Part shown: in pieces, positions 28,011 through 39,812 of the stretch
Layout: the number at the start of each line of letters is the position of its first letter
Position numbering within the stretch: the stretch's first letter is position 1
Assembly: GCA_040954595.2 (NCBI GenBank)
Contig: CM082583.2
Location: 9,933,656-9,997,655, forward strand
Source of the DNA: Balanoglossus misakiensis
Lineage: Eukaryota > Animalia > Hemichordata
Direction of reading: 5' to 3'
DNA: 64,000 nucleotides
Position numbers and translations under genes: made by a program
The notes under the pieces: model-generated
Database searches by the model: none
The model's input: only the letters and a program-made list of their open reading frames with translations
What the model was told of the DNA's origin: nothing

Positions 28011-31000
28011 CTGAAACAAAAACAAAAATATGATATGAAAACAAAAACAAACAGCATAATTGCAGAATTTATAGTATCGATGTGGCCAGCAGATCAGATG
28101 GGCCAAATTTTCATATAGAATCACTGTTATGAATATTCTGTACCATTAGACAATCTGGGGCCAACAGTGTTGTCATGGTCCATTTTAACATATTCCTTAC
28201 AAATATTTCCTGTTTTGCAAATAGGAAACCTAAAGCTTGTGCTGAATCAAATGCAGGCAAATTACAATACAAATTGTGATGTTGGCATATGATAGTCCCT
28301 CGTGAGATTTGAGACAATGCATATTTAATGTTTCCAATTACCAAGCTAATGTTGCACGTGTTATATATTCAGGAGTGCATTTTGGTTTACCTAAGATCAT
28401 GAAGTACTTGAGTTTCTCCCTTTTATGGGTTTGAAATTGCATGAAACAATCCTTCGCAAATAATTTTGATCTGAAGTGGAGTTACAGTCCCATTAATACG
28501 TGTACAGAATGCTCGTCAGCTAATGATGCCATTTCATAATGGACAACACATTAATGCCGCCTAATCACGGAGTCATTATTCTTCTCATTAAGGAAATTTG
28601 AGCTTTTCATGGCCACTCATTAATTTTCTAAATGACTTCTGAAAGCAGCCATTTCCCTGTGCACGACATGTCATCCGACTACTAGTTACTTTTCATCAGA
28701 TTAGACTGTAAGTCCTACAACTGAAGTTTTAGTAGGCTGAGCTATATTGCTGGATAAGACGACAGTGGAAAATGACTTTATGATTTCCACTTCAAAGTTT
28801 ATTTCAGAATTGCCCTCCACTGAATTGTAATTCCTGACATAACTCTGGGTTCTAGTCTATTTCGGCAAAAACAGATCTAGTGAATACACAATCATTTGCA
28901 GACTTTAATCACATGCAAAATGACTTAATAGAGACATTTTAATGAAATTGATGATGACACATATTTTAACACGTAATTCCCTTTCAGTTCTATGCCCTCT
29001 TTATAAATTCAAAAGAACATTGACCGGTAAGTTCAGTCTGACACTTACAAATTATTGCGAGTTATTCCCAGAAAGATACAGACAAGCAGTTTTTATTTGG
29101 CGCGGCTCTTGAGACAAATGGAAGAACCATTGAATCCAATAGAGGTACACATGAAAGTAGCCATCTGGCTAATGAGAGAGAATGAACGGCAAGGCATCAA
29201 TAGAGCGGACCGCCACTTCAAAAACAATTCAATCTAATCAAAATGTAATCACAATGACAGCTCCCTGCTAACAACGTAAGATTAACACGTCACGACAACA
29301 GATATCGTCACGGAAACCGGCTTATTTACTTTCAGAGCCAGTGCACTGCTTAATCCTGCCCACACTGTTCAGATGTTCCATCTACTCGAATCCAATTTCC
29401 AAGGCATGTTGAGACGTGACATGCAGTTCACTGTACCCGCCTGCTTGTTGGACTTGTACTGTAGTAGCCCAGTTCAAATACTGTACAATTCAAGTCTCAC
29501 AATTTCACAGTTCCATAAACTGTAATGTATTCCCCAGTTCAACATTTTAAAATTGATTTTTCTGCAATGATTGATGTTTCCATTTTCTTTCCATCTTGCA
29601 AAAAAACTGTGAAATTTATCACCCACAAAAATGTTAACGATTTACTGTGGAAACACATAAGGAACACTGTGATTTATAGCCTTATTGTAGATTGGTGCTA
29701 TTATCCATGGGGTTGATGATGCCCTACCTAAGCTTGATAAACATCAATTTTACAGTCACTGCCACATGCCTGAAGGCTAGATTCCAATCTTACTGTTGCC
29801 TCTGCTAATGTGATATTAATTTTATAATATCGAACAGTTGGTCTCACGTTTCATTGGAGGAAGTGCCTCAGGTAGGCAATGGCATTTAGTTCGGCAAGAA
29901 TTACTGGTTGCACTGGCGGGCAATCTTGGCGAAAAAAAGCTCAGGTTATGTCACATCGTGACTCTTGATTCAGCCAGGAAGTAACGAACTATATCAGATT
30001 GACTCTTGCAGTTCAGCCAATCAGATCTACAGTATGGTGTATACATGTGTGATATAGTCTACATGATAACATAATTAATACTGGAATGTGGAAAATGTTA
30101 AGTTTGTGTTCGTGTTTTGGTTGATGGTGGTCTTTTTCATGTGACATTAATGCTGATGCACCACTTATCCCTCCAGCGGAGATATTAAATTCAAGAATTA
30201 TACTGTCCATATTTGGCAAGAATTGTCACATTTAACAAACACACGGCTACATACGACCTGTGCAAATGTTATTGAAGAACTCCATTATGGCAACACTTTA
30301 TAATCAAGAAGGTTATTGAAAATGTTGATGACACCATATGGATCTGTCACAAAGATGACAATATTGACGATGCAGAGCTGTAGATGGAGAGTGCAACACT
30401 TAATTTGCCTCAGTCCACTGTTGTAGTGGCACAGTAACAAGTTCTAGTTCTGAGGATATTTCTGTAACCATGGGAACGCTGAGGTGCACACCATGCAAGG
30501 GTATGTGTCTGCATGCAGTCACGTTACAGTGAAATTACGGACATGATGTTCAATTGGACACGTGTGCAGGCATGGTGATACATGTGTGATATCTCTGCTA
30601 AATCAGAAGTCCAGGGAAGGGCCATTATCGCTCACATTAACGTGAATGTGATCAAATAATGAATGAAAAAAATGCACACACAGCATCTAGTGTTATAATT
30701 GAAGATTCATTGCTAAAACAAAATGCCCCATGGCCATTTTTTTCCCTTTCTCACATGGCAAGGCATCATGTCCACACTCGGTAGATTGAAACAGTTCACC
30801 CTGGGATTAATGCCCACTTGAATACATCATGTAAATTTACAAGGCAACTTTATTATCTTCTGCAAAGCTTGTGTTATGGGTACTTTGCAGATGTTACGGC
30901 AATCTGACTTCACAAAATCTTTCACACTCAGGCATCACTTCAACCTCAGTGTGGTTTTAATGATTAGTGCATGCAAGTCTCATAAAGAGGGAAATACTAC

Positions 31001-31738
31001 GGGGGTTGACAGGTCTACCGTACAGTAGTAATCAAGCAAAGTAAACTGCCCTTCAAAGGCAATCAAAGCTGGTCATATTCCCACAGTGGCTCGTGCAAAC
31101 CACCGTGTAAAGTGCGCAATTTGACAGTTCATGCAAATCAGGATGGATAGTCTCGCATATCGCACTTATCTTTCACAGTGTGGCATTTCGTAAATGGCTC
31201 AGAATGACAGAAAGGCAGCAAACAAAGGCTGTGATATGCGAAACTTGATTCTATCAAGGTGTAATGTGATGGCGACTCAGCTTATATGAGATGTTTTTCC
31301 CTGATAGGATATCGTCTAATGGTTTTGCTGAAGCCGGCAGCTTTCTCTGTGTAAATGTTGTGGAGGATCTGTACTGCTGAACTTCAGAGAGGAAAATCTA
31401 GCTGATTGCCGCATACGATGGGCATTAGCTGTGTTAAAGTGATCCTTTGTCCGTGAAAATGCACATGGGTTTAATTTGAAATAGAAGCCAAGTGCTGCCA
31501 CAGATAGATGTTATTTTACTTGCAAGTTAGTGGGTACTACAGCAGTAACATAAATTTGCAATAGCCCCTCAAAACAGGTAAAATTTCAAAATATTCTTTC
31601 ATTTCTTTGGCTATACACTATGGTAGGACAACTGATTTTTATTTATCATATATTACTGTTACACGAAATCCGCTTAGAGTTTCCTTTTGAGGTGCTTACA
31701 ACTTTAAGGTCAGCAGGGACGTTTGAAAAAGCCATTAC

Positions 31739-31862
31739 CTTCTTCCATATTGGCACGGTAGATTTCAGAGTGTCAATAGCAAACTGCACAGCCTCTATAG
31801 CTTCTCTGCGATGCACCGATGATATGGCTATGATTACGCTCGCCTCCATTACTGGAACGACC
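31739..31862 (-). CDS. MOCS2: MOCS2B exon
   Basis: [45 protein letters not shown] boundaries in phase. Confidence 0.95.
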
Positions 31863-34800
31863 CTTGGAGAAAACAGACAGTTTACGAATGAAAATTTAAT
31901 TTGCAGACACGACCTGGGGACATGCTTTGTCAGTCAGTCGAGCCTTATTATAGATGTGCCTTGAAATTTTATCGAGCAGATTATGTGCTGTTGCGTGTCA
32001 CGCATTCAATTCTGGTAGATTACAGGAAACTGACAATACGGCAGGACTTAAATTATGCATATGTATAAGACAGGAGCGGTTATATCACAAATTATTTATG
32101 TCAGTAGGGATTTTTTTTCTGATAATCATAAAGAGGATTTCAAAAACAGAAGAAATGAGCCCTGGATTTTTGTTCACTTTCTGCTAATAACAAAGCTCTG
32201 GGTATAGGGATGATGGAGTATGATATAACCTAGCAACCTTAATATTGCAAATTGGAATTGTTTTCTGTTAGGTCAAAGTTCAGAGCATTGAAGACAGAGA
32301 ATGGCGACCTTTTGTCATATTGAAGAAAACACCATTATCTTGATTATCAAACAGAAGAACTAATATCTAACTACAGTGTTTGACTCCACCTGCCCTCCTA
32401 TAATCAAGTGACTGGTCTTCTAGCCTCGAGGGGTTCAAGCCTCTTGCAAGAAATAAATTCACTGTAAATGTTTCAAGAGTACCGTCACTGTAGCAGTTTA
32501 CTGTAGTTGATACATTGAACAAAATATTGAAAAACCTTTCTAAAAGTTTCATCTTGCACTGCCCCTTGAAGGTATATTCTCATAACAGTCACCCCCGATC
32601 GAGTTTTGCATTTGTATTTGTTAAAGCCATGAAAGCACACTGTGAATGGCAAAATTTACACTCGTCAAAGCCATCAATTTGATTCAATACATCCCCATAG
32701 GGATACACACCATTTGTTCAATTACTGACTATCAAAGATCTTTTGTCACTAATTGCAAGGAAACCGTAACCATTACAAGCAAGGATAATGAGGCTGGTAA
32801 TAATAGTTCGTTGCTTCTGGGGAAACAGTGGGTTTATATTAATGAAGTTGCCTTTCATGGGGCTAATTAGTTAAGCTTTGCAAATCCAACAACAGGCATA
32901 CACTGAAACTTTCATAAATTCAGTGATTCAATTACCATTCACTCAGGTACAACTTTGAGTGACATATCTAAATATTTGTTTTCAGTAATGTGTGAATCTT
33001 GACTCCTCAGTCAAAACAAACTGCCTATCACTTCATAAAATAGACTGGATACAGAGAAAGAGCTACTTCTCAAAACAATCTCAAAGGAACGTCCATCGAG
33101 GGACGTTGTTAAATTTGTGTAGTTTATATGCATTCTTTGCCGAAGGGGAAGGATTTTCAGACAGTTATCTCCTTATGGTCAACACCGGACAGACCACGCA
33201 TCAAATAACATTGAATCTTCCCCGGAGCCTAATTAAGACATCCCTAATACTCTCCCGTCTCCTTTTAAAATAAAACAGGCCAATCTGAATTCTCTGAAGT
33301 AAAAAAAACATGAAGAAATGCACACATGCATGATTAGAGTGTGAGTTTGAATTTCTTGTCTGTGGCTTTAGTTCCAGTGCACACAAAAAATTCAGTCAGT
33401 TGTGACTTGACAAAGGCTTGGTACAGCTGCACAGGTACAGGGTATATAGTCATCGCTATATTGACCTGTATGATTGTACAAAGAGGTACGTTATCGGGAA
33501 TATTTCATCAATGAAGAAATCCTTACAGGTGCCACCTAAAAAGAGTCTGAAGCACTCAAGGAAATAATTAGTTGAGTCGCGTACAGCACAATGACATCCA
33601 TGGATTTTTGTACTATGATTCACAGTAACGAGATTTAAGGCATGGCGACCAACACACAGCTGTATGAACCGACAATGAGAATCACTCCAAATATTGAAGA
33701 TTATTTTCATCATATTGCTGGCAGAAAAAAATCAATAGATACTGTTAAAATGTGGATGTCTTTAGGTGATATCGGAGCTCCATCCTCCTATTATGAAATA
33801 TTTTTTTTGTATTTCTTGATATTGTGACGGAAATACATCTCTGATACCTTTCCATGGCCTACACTTAAAGCTCGCCCGGCTGTCTCCTAAGTGCCAACAC
33901 AGAGACCATTAATCTCTAACACTTACATGTATTTTGATGTTCAAATTGCACGCTATGCATTTCAAACTTATATGGTAGCAATGTTCCTAGATTAGTCTGG
34001 ACATAAACTGCTCAACCTATCATGCATCTAGTCTGCAGCCATCAATCATAGCACAGATCGAAGCAGCCGCATAAAGATGTTGCATCATTCACTCTTACAG
34101 CCACTCGCTAAAAAGTTATACAACATATTCACTCTCAGCCAATTACTGACGACGTAACATTCAATCTAAGCCAATCACTGGTATCGTGTTAGCAATCAGA
34201 ATGATATAGATGTACATCTGTGAACACTACAGGAAGATATCAAAATTGGGGGGGGGGATCCTACAGTACTAATTGTTCACCCCATTTCCCTCTTAAGAGG
34301 TCCACATTTACCATAGAAAACAAATTATTTGGACCAAACCATGGCGGTGAAAAGGTTTAAGGTGTAGCTTTTCAAGTGGCCTGCCTCATCAATGTACTAG
34401 CCCAGGGGCTTGGGGTATTTCTATGCCCTAGCTGATCTCAACTCATGTTTCAATTTAATGTTTAAATCACAGATTGTTTTCCTCCTCATGTTGGTGCAGT
34501 ATCCACTTACCAATTAACGTTGACTTGCTTATCCCGCTGATGCTACCAAAGTCAAAGCCTGATGGATTGCTACTAAAAAAGCTGACAAGACTTAAATGCT
34601 CTCAAAACTCCATTCATCAATAAATGAAAAATATCAATCTGTAGTCTCAAAACAATTGAGAATTGGAGTACATGTGCTGTACATCAAATATTTGTAATGT
34701 TATAATAAATGTAAACAGATGCAAGATTAAATGCTATCATGGTAAAAAATGTCAGAATAATTGTTCACAAATTCTCTCTATTAATATCTGATAATGGATG

Positions 34801-35324
34801 ATCCAGAGTTTGAAAACTTTCATCTGAAGATTTTTCGTTAAATTTGTTATATTCAGACAGGAATAATGGTACGTGATGCGAATTTTTAAAACCTTTTTTT
34901 AAATGTTAGGAGCACTGACTGACCTACAGGTCACAAGGCGACCTGAAAGACCTTTAAAGCTTTATTGCTGGTTACATGTAATACGTTCAGGGTCCCACCT
35001 TTGTGCTCTTATGGTGGCGTGGGACATTATCTATAATCAAATCTGTTCGCCCATATCTTGGGTGTACAGAAAGAGAGCGTGTTACGATCTGATCTCATTT
35101 CTTGTCAGACTTGCATCTAGTCTCGTTCGGGAGCAAAAGAGATGAGGGTTCGTAATAACCTGCAGTGCAGACGTTATCGGCTCCATGGCAACCCCACATT
35201 TGCCACAGAATTTTATGTGTGTATTAAGAAAACTAAACTCTGTATGAAAAATCGTCATTGTTGATTTAATGTTGGAAACACTGAAAACAAGCTGTCATAA
35301 ACCTCACTGTTTCTTAATTTATCA

Positions 35325-35556
35325 CAGGGTTCATTTTGCCCAAGTCATACAAAATTCCATGACTTCCCATGAGCTTTTCCTGTGATACTCCAACAATGCT
35401 ATTTTCCATGAGTAATTGTGCAGTAATTTTTCACAATCATCAACATTTCTGTGATAGTGTCAGTGGCTAAATGAATCAATTTTCCATGACTTTCCGGGAG
35501 TAAATTTAATTTTCCAGGCCCTGCAAGGACTTTCCGGGAGTGGTTTCAAAATCCCT
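35325..35556. mobile_element. Small non-autonomous DNA transposon relic in MOCS2 intron
   Basis: CAGGG...CCCTG ends with repeated internal TTCCATGAC / GACTTTCCGGGAGT units. Confidence 0.35.
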
Positions 35557-35895
35557 GCTTTTTTAAGTTGTCATAAATGACTTTAACACATTTGACTTAA
35601 ACCGCTGTACAGCAAATGAGGGAAAGATCTAATAATGGACTTTTTTCCTCTGTGTTCCTAAAATCTCTATCCCAAAGGTGCACTACATGTATGATGTCGT
35701 TCTAAAACAAGTCCTGACCCGCATTTATGCTTCATAATGCATGTTCGTACTCTGGGGTAAATGAGTACCGCTTTGTGCAGAAGGCCATTCAAATACAACT
35801 CAGGCAATTAGCGAAATGAAATGAAATTACTGTATTCATTCAAAAATGCTGATTACACATGTCAAACATTCGCCAGAGTTCAAATCAATACTGAC

Positions 35896-36046
35896 CCCGT
35901 TCGGTGTATCATTGCAATGTTTTCAACCGCCCACTTCTGTCGTACTTGCAGACAGATTTTCTTCATCTCTTTCTCGGCCATTTGAGAGTAGCATTCGTAT
36001 TCCAGTCTCACAACTTTCTTGTCATCAAAGTGATCCCTAGTTATAC
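35896..36046 (-). CDS. MOCS2: MOCS2B exon
   Basis: GITRDHFDDKKVVRLEYECYSQMAEKEMKKICLQVRQKWAVENIAMIHRTG (MoaE core). Absent from the ORF track. Confidence 0.95.
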
Positions 36047-37042
36047 CTATGGAGACGAAAAAACAGGAATATGCTGCATTTGATGCAAAATGAAAACTCT
36101 GGCTGGAGGTTAGGCCAGATGATTACAAAGACGTCTATTGATTTCCACCTAAAACAATAGCGGCATTTAAATTCATCAGGATTTTTTTTATTCATTTATT
36201 TCTCTGATATTCTTAGTCAATTGAATATCCCATTACTGCCATGATGCGATATATCAACAGCTTGTTCTTTTATATTAAACCCAAAATGATAAATTGCATT
36301 GGTATGATCATTGATAGGTGCATTATATCTTGATTATGCAAAGATTACCCATCTGGTCATATTTCATTCATTTTAATATCAGATTTGCAAATTTTGATAC
36401 ATTGCAAACTGAACATCTGAACAAACACAGGACTGTCTGTCAGCTTATCATTAAGGATCCCCCGCAATTTAATGCTTTCTCTCAGAAATGGGTCAATCAG
36501 ATTTTTTTGTGAATTTCAATAATTAGTAAAATCTTAATTTCACCCTTCATGGCGACCTATGCTGAAACCATGTCTGAAAAATTCAATTTTTGTCTCTTGT
36601 TTTTGCATGTGTTAACATGTACGTGCATGTGTGCATGTATGTGCACTAAAAGTATAATTAGTATTGCATGTCACCTGTGTAACCTATCCGGACCCTCAGT
36701 TGAAGATGAATAAATGAATAGTAAATAGATAAACGATAAAATACAGCTCTTTCCTTGAACTGTCAATTTATTAGCAAGCTTCGAGTGGGCGTTATTGTAC
36801 TGTGGATAATACCCATGCATTAGCAACGCCGCACGTTGGCGCAGATATCAGAACACTGTCGTCTATTTGACGCTGTTTCGAAAATTAAAGTGCGCATATT
36901 GTATCTCGCGTAGCATTTATCACACCGACCCTCAAGTGGCCTTGCTTTCTTAATGCCTTAATCCTGCCACTTGCTTTCCCAAGCATGACGCAGTTTGCAA
37001 AACGATCCCTTTCCCGGAAAGTAACCCTAAACCTGAACTCAC

Positions 37043-37166
37043 CGATGAAAACAGACACAGCCCCGGCAGTTGGCGTTGATACGCGCTGCGTTAGACCCTC
37101 CACGCTAAGTTTGTCTGCCGTGATGTGCACAAAATCGTCGCCCGGCATTTTGCAAGTGTATTGTTC
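37043..37166 (-). CDS. MOCS2: MOCS2B first specific exon (internal ATG at 37148; 157 aa from it)
   Basis: TTCTTTGTAG acceptor. (EQYTCK)MPGDDFVHITADKLSVEGLTQRVSTPTAGAVSVFIG. GTGAGT donor. Confidence 0.92.
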
Positions 37167-38005
37167 CTACAAAGAAGATATGTTTATAACTTTCAGTGTA
37201 TATGTTCAACATTAAAACACTAAGAATCAAACTACACACTATGTTCTCGTCTTTACCCACAATACAACAGGTCGTTGCAAGATAATACCCTGACCTCATT
37301 CTAAAATGTCATTCTTTATTTGAAATGTCACAGAAACCATTTCTTTTGATTAAAGCGCTCTGATAACACCAGCCAGAATTAAATGCTTTGCTGGATAATA
37401 ATATCTCGTATTTTCTCTTCATCACCAGTGCATGCACACAAGGTGCCTTTTGCTTGAGAATTTTCAGTCTTAATTTCAGTCTTTGCAGTCGAGAGGTACT
37501 ATACGACAAACAAGAGAACACTGATGAAATTTAATAGGCTCTTCACTCAAAATTGAATGTGATTGTGGAAAGACCTGTTATTCGATGCAAGACATGATAT
37601 TAAAATGAGCATTCCTTTGACCTGGATTGTGAATCTTAGACTCCATCTTCTCTGTGATTATTCTTTTACATGCAGTATAATACCCCCACAGCACATATTC
37701 ACAAATGCAATCTAAATCCAGTTCTTGAATTACACAATCATTCCCTGGTGCAGTGCAAGATTTTGATAACAAATCCCTCTGTGGAAGACCAGATAATAAT
37801 CAGCTTTTCTTGATGCCACTTTCGGAGATTGGGATCATTCTGACCAATTCTCGAATATCCAAATTTTGAGATCTAAAATACAGGTGGTTTCGTTAAAAAT
37901 GGACAAAATCCTGTATGTGGACATGGCTATGAACAATACTGTAATGCAATTTCGATTTGGACGAAACCACAGACTTTAAGATACCTATATTGAAGCTGTT
38001 GTGAC

Positions 38006-38135
38006 CTAGCCCCCACTCAAAGGTGGAATGATAGCTATCTCATCACCAGCCTTGATGGACAATGGTTCGCTATCTTCTCTGGACAGGTAATTCTGGTTGA
38101 GGGCCACTGTGATGTTCTCTTCTAATGGTTTCAAA
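38006..38135 (-). CDS. MOCS2: Molybdopterin synthase sulfur carrier MOCS2A, exon 2
   Basis: LKPLEENITVALNQNYLSREDSEPLSIKAGDEIAIIPPLSGG* ends in the MoaD/ThiS C-terminal Gly-Gly. Confidence 0.95.
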
Positions 38136-38714
38136 CTGCAAGAGAAATATTGTACATGTATACATTACAGTACATGTATATACATTAAGGTTTGCATGTG
38201 CCAATACCCAAACAGTGTTTCGGAAACTGTTAAAGGCACTAGTAAAGTTCAGTGAATTTAACCCTATAAAAAACAACCCTTTGCACCCTTGCTACTTGAT
38301 GACTATGTACTCATTTAGAAGTTTTCTTCATAGCTGTGTTCAAAGGATTTAAGGGGGTATGTTGGCCTCTCTTCTGCTTTATGTATTCAGTTAATTTTTT
38401 ATTGACATCTTATAGTAATTGAAAAATAGTTTATTGATGATTTTATTTGGAGAATGGCTCTCTCTTTGCTACAGGCCTGGGTACAAATATACTGTAATAT
38501 TTTCCTCTGATTTCCATATTAAATATTACATTCCTATAATTTTTGCAAATGTTAGGGCAGTACTCTTAGCAATATATTGAAATAGTTGTTTCTAACAAGA
38601 AATAGTTGTTTCTGACAAGGTTTATTCATCATAATCAATCATGGCACCTTTTCCAGACTGCCTAATACATGTAATTACTAAGTGGATGTCAACAATAACA
38701 ATTGCACGTGGATG

Positions 38715-39063
38715 AGTGTAGCCACGCCCCCAATCTCCTTGGAGAGGCTACTCTGGAATTCTAACCTAGCTAGGGAGTCTATAGTTATCAACGCCAAGCA
38801 TGTCCAGGCCAGTCTCTGTGCGGAGATAGCCACGCCCCCCGGCCACGCCCCTTTGGTTTATCAACGATCGCGAAGCCCCACTGATATCGACACAGCTGTA
38901 AATATCCAAAAAGTCGTATCAGTTGACACTCTCGCCATACTAGTACTACTAGTAGTAGGGATAGTCGCGATCGTGCATAAATCGTGGTGCGGCTGCTGGT
39001 ACATGTGTGTTCCCGGGCGTGTTAACTGTAACGCCGGGGAACACAGACCCGTACGCAGAGCTA
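38715..39063. mobile_element. Composite repeat or MITE remnant in the MOCS2A intron
   Basis: Three GCCACGCCCC motifs and palindromes. 39028-39063 matches the terminus of the MITE at 62178-62726. Confidence 0.55.
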
Positions 39064-39092
39064 CGATCATGCTACTAGCATAAGATTATTAC

Positions 39093-39235
39093 CTTGGATA
39101 TTTTGTTAATATGGCCTGAAGGAGCTCTCCCGGCGTTATCCGACAGGGAAGGCAGATTTCGTCTTCTTTCTTTCCAACCAATTCTCGACTTTTAGCGAAG
39201 AACAGTAGACTCACCCCCACTTCCTGAGTCGCCAT
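39093..39235 (-). CDS. MOCS2: MOCS2A exon 1 (90 aa with exon 2)
   Basis: MATQEVGVSLLFFAKSRELVGKKEDEICLPCRITPGELLQAILTKYP carries the FAKS.E..G motif. GTAATA donor. Confidence 0.93.
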
Positions 39236-39740
39236 ATGTGTTTCATGTGAACTGTGACCTCAATTGGACCCCTTAAGTTTGTTGAGATACTTCGCTTAAC
39301 TTTCAACCAAACAACGAACGCCTCCAGTGGTCAGATTTATCTTATGTTAGCGTGAGGTCATAATTTCTTTTCCAGCGTGTCGACATACTCCGAATGTGCA
39401 TCGATATTCAAGCGGAATTAGATGATAAACTGAAACCAGAGCCACAGAATGAGACCGATAATGGTTACCTGTGTCTGCTCGTAAAGTAGGCAATTGGGAT
39501 TATAAAGTCTGTGGGAAGAGATATCCACCGATCGGTGATGGTGGCAATTAGAACTGTATGTACATATTATATGTCAAAAGAACATTCGTATGACTTTATG
39601 GTGAGCTATTTCCACCCCCGTCGCTCCCCCCCCCCCCAAAGAGGAATAAGAAGTCTGATAGTATTTACATGGATGGATGTTTTATCTCGTTTCGCCTCAA
39701 AGTAGCCATTAAGGTAGAAAAATGGAAATCTTAAATCAAT

Positions 39741-39812
39741 TGTCTCCATGGAGACAGCAGAATCAGATCATGTTCCCACCTGTCGCCATGGCGACAGTTT
39801 CAGTATCTGATC
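39741..39812. promoter_or_regulatory. Tandem pair of RFX X-box palindromes
   Basis: TGTCTCCATGGAGACA and CTGTCGCCATGGCGACAG, 40 bp apart. Both resemble the palindromic X-box GTTGCCATGGCAAC. Confidence 0.5.
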
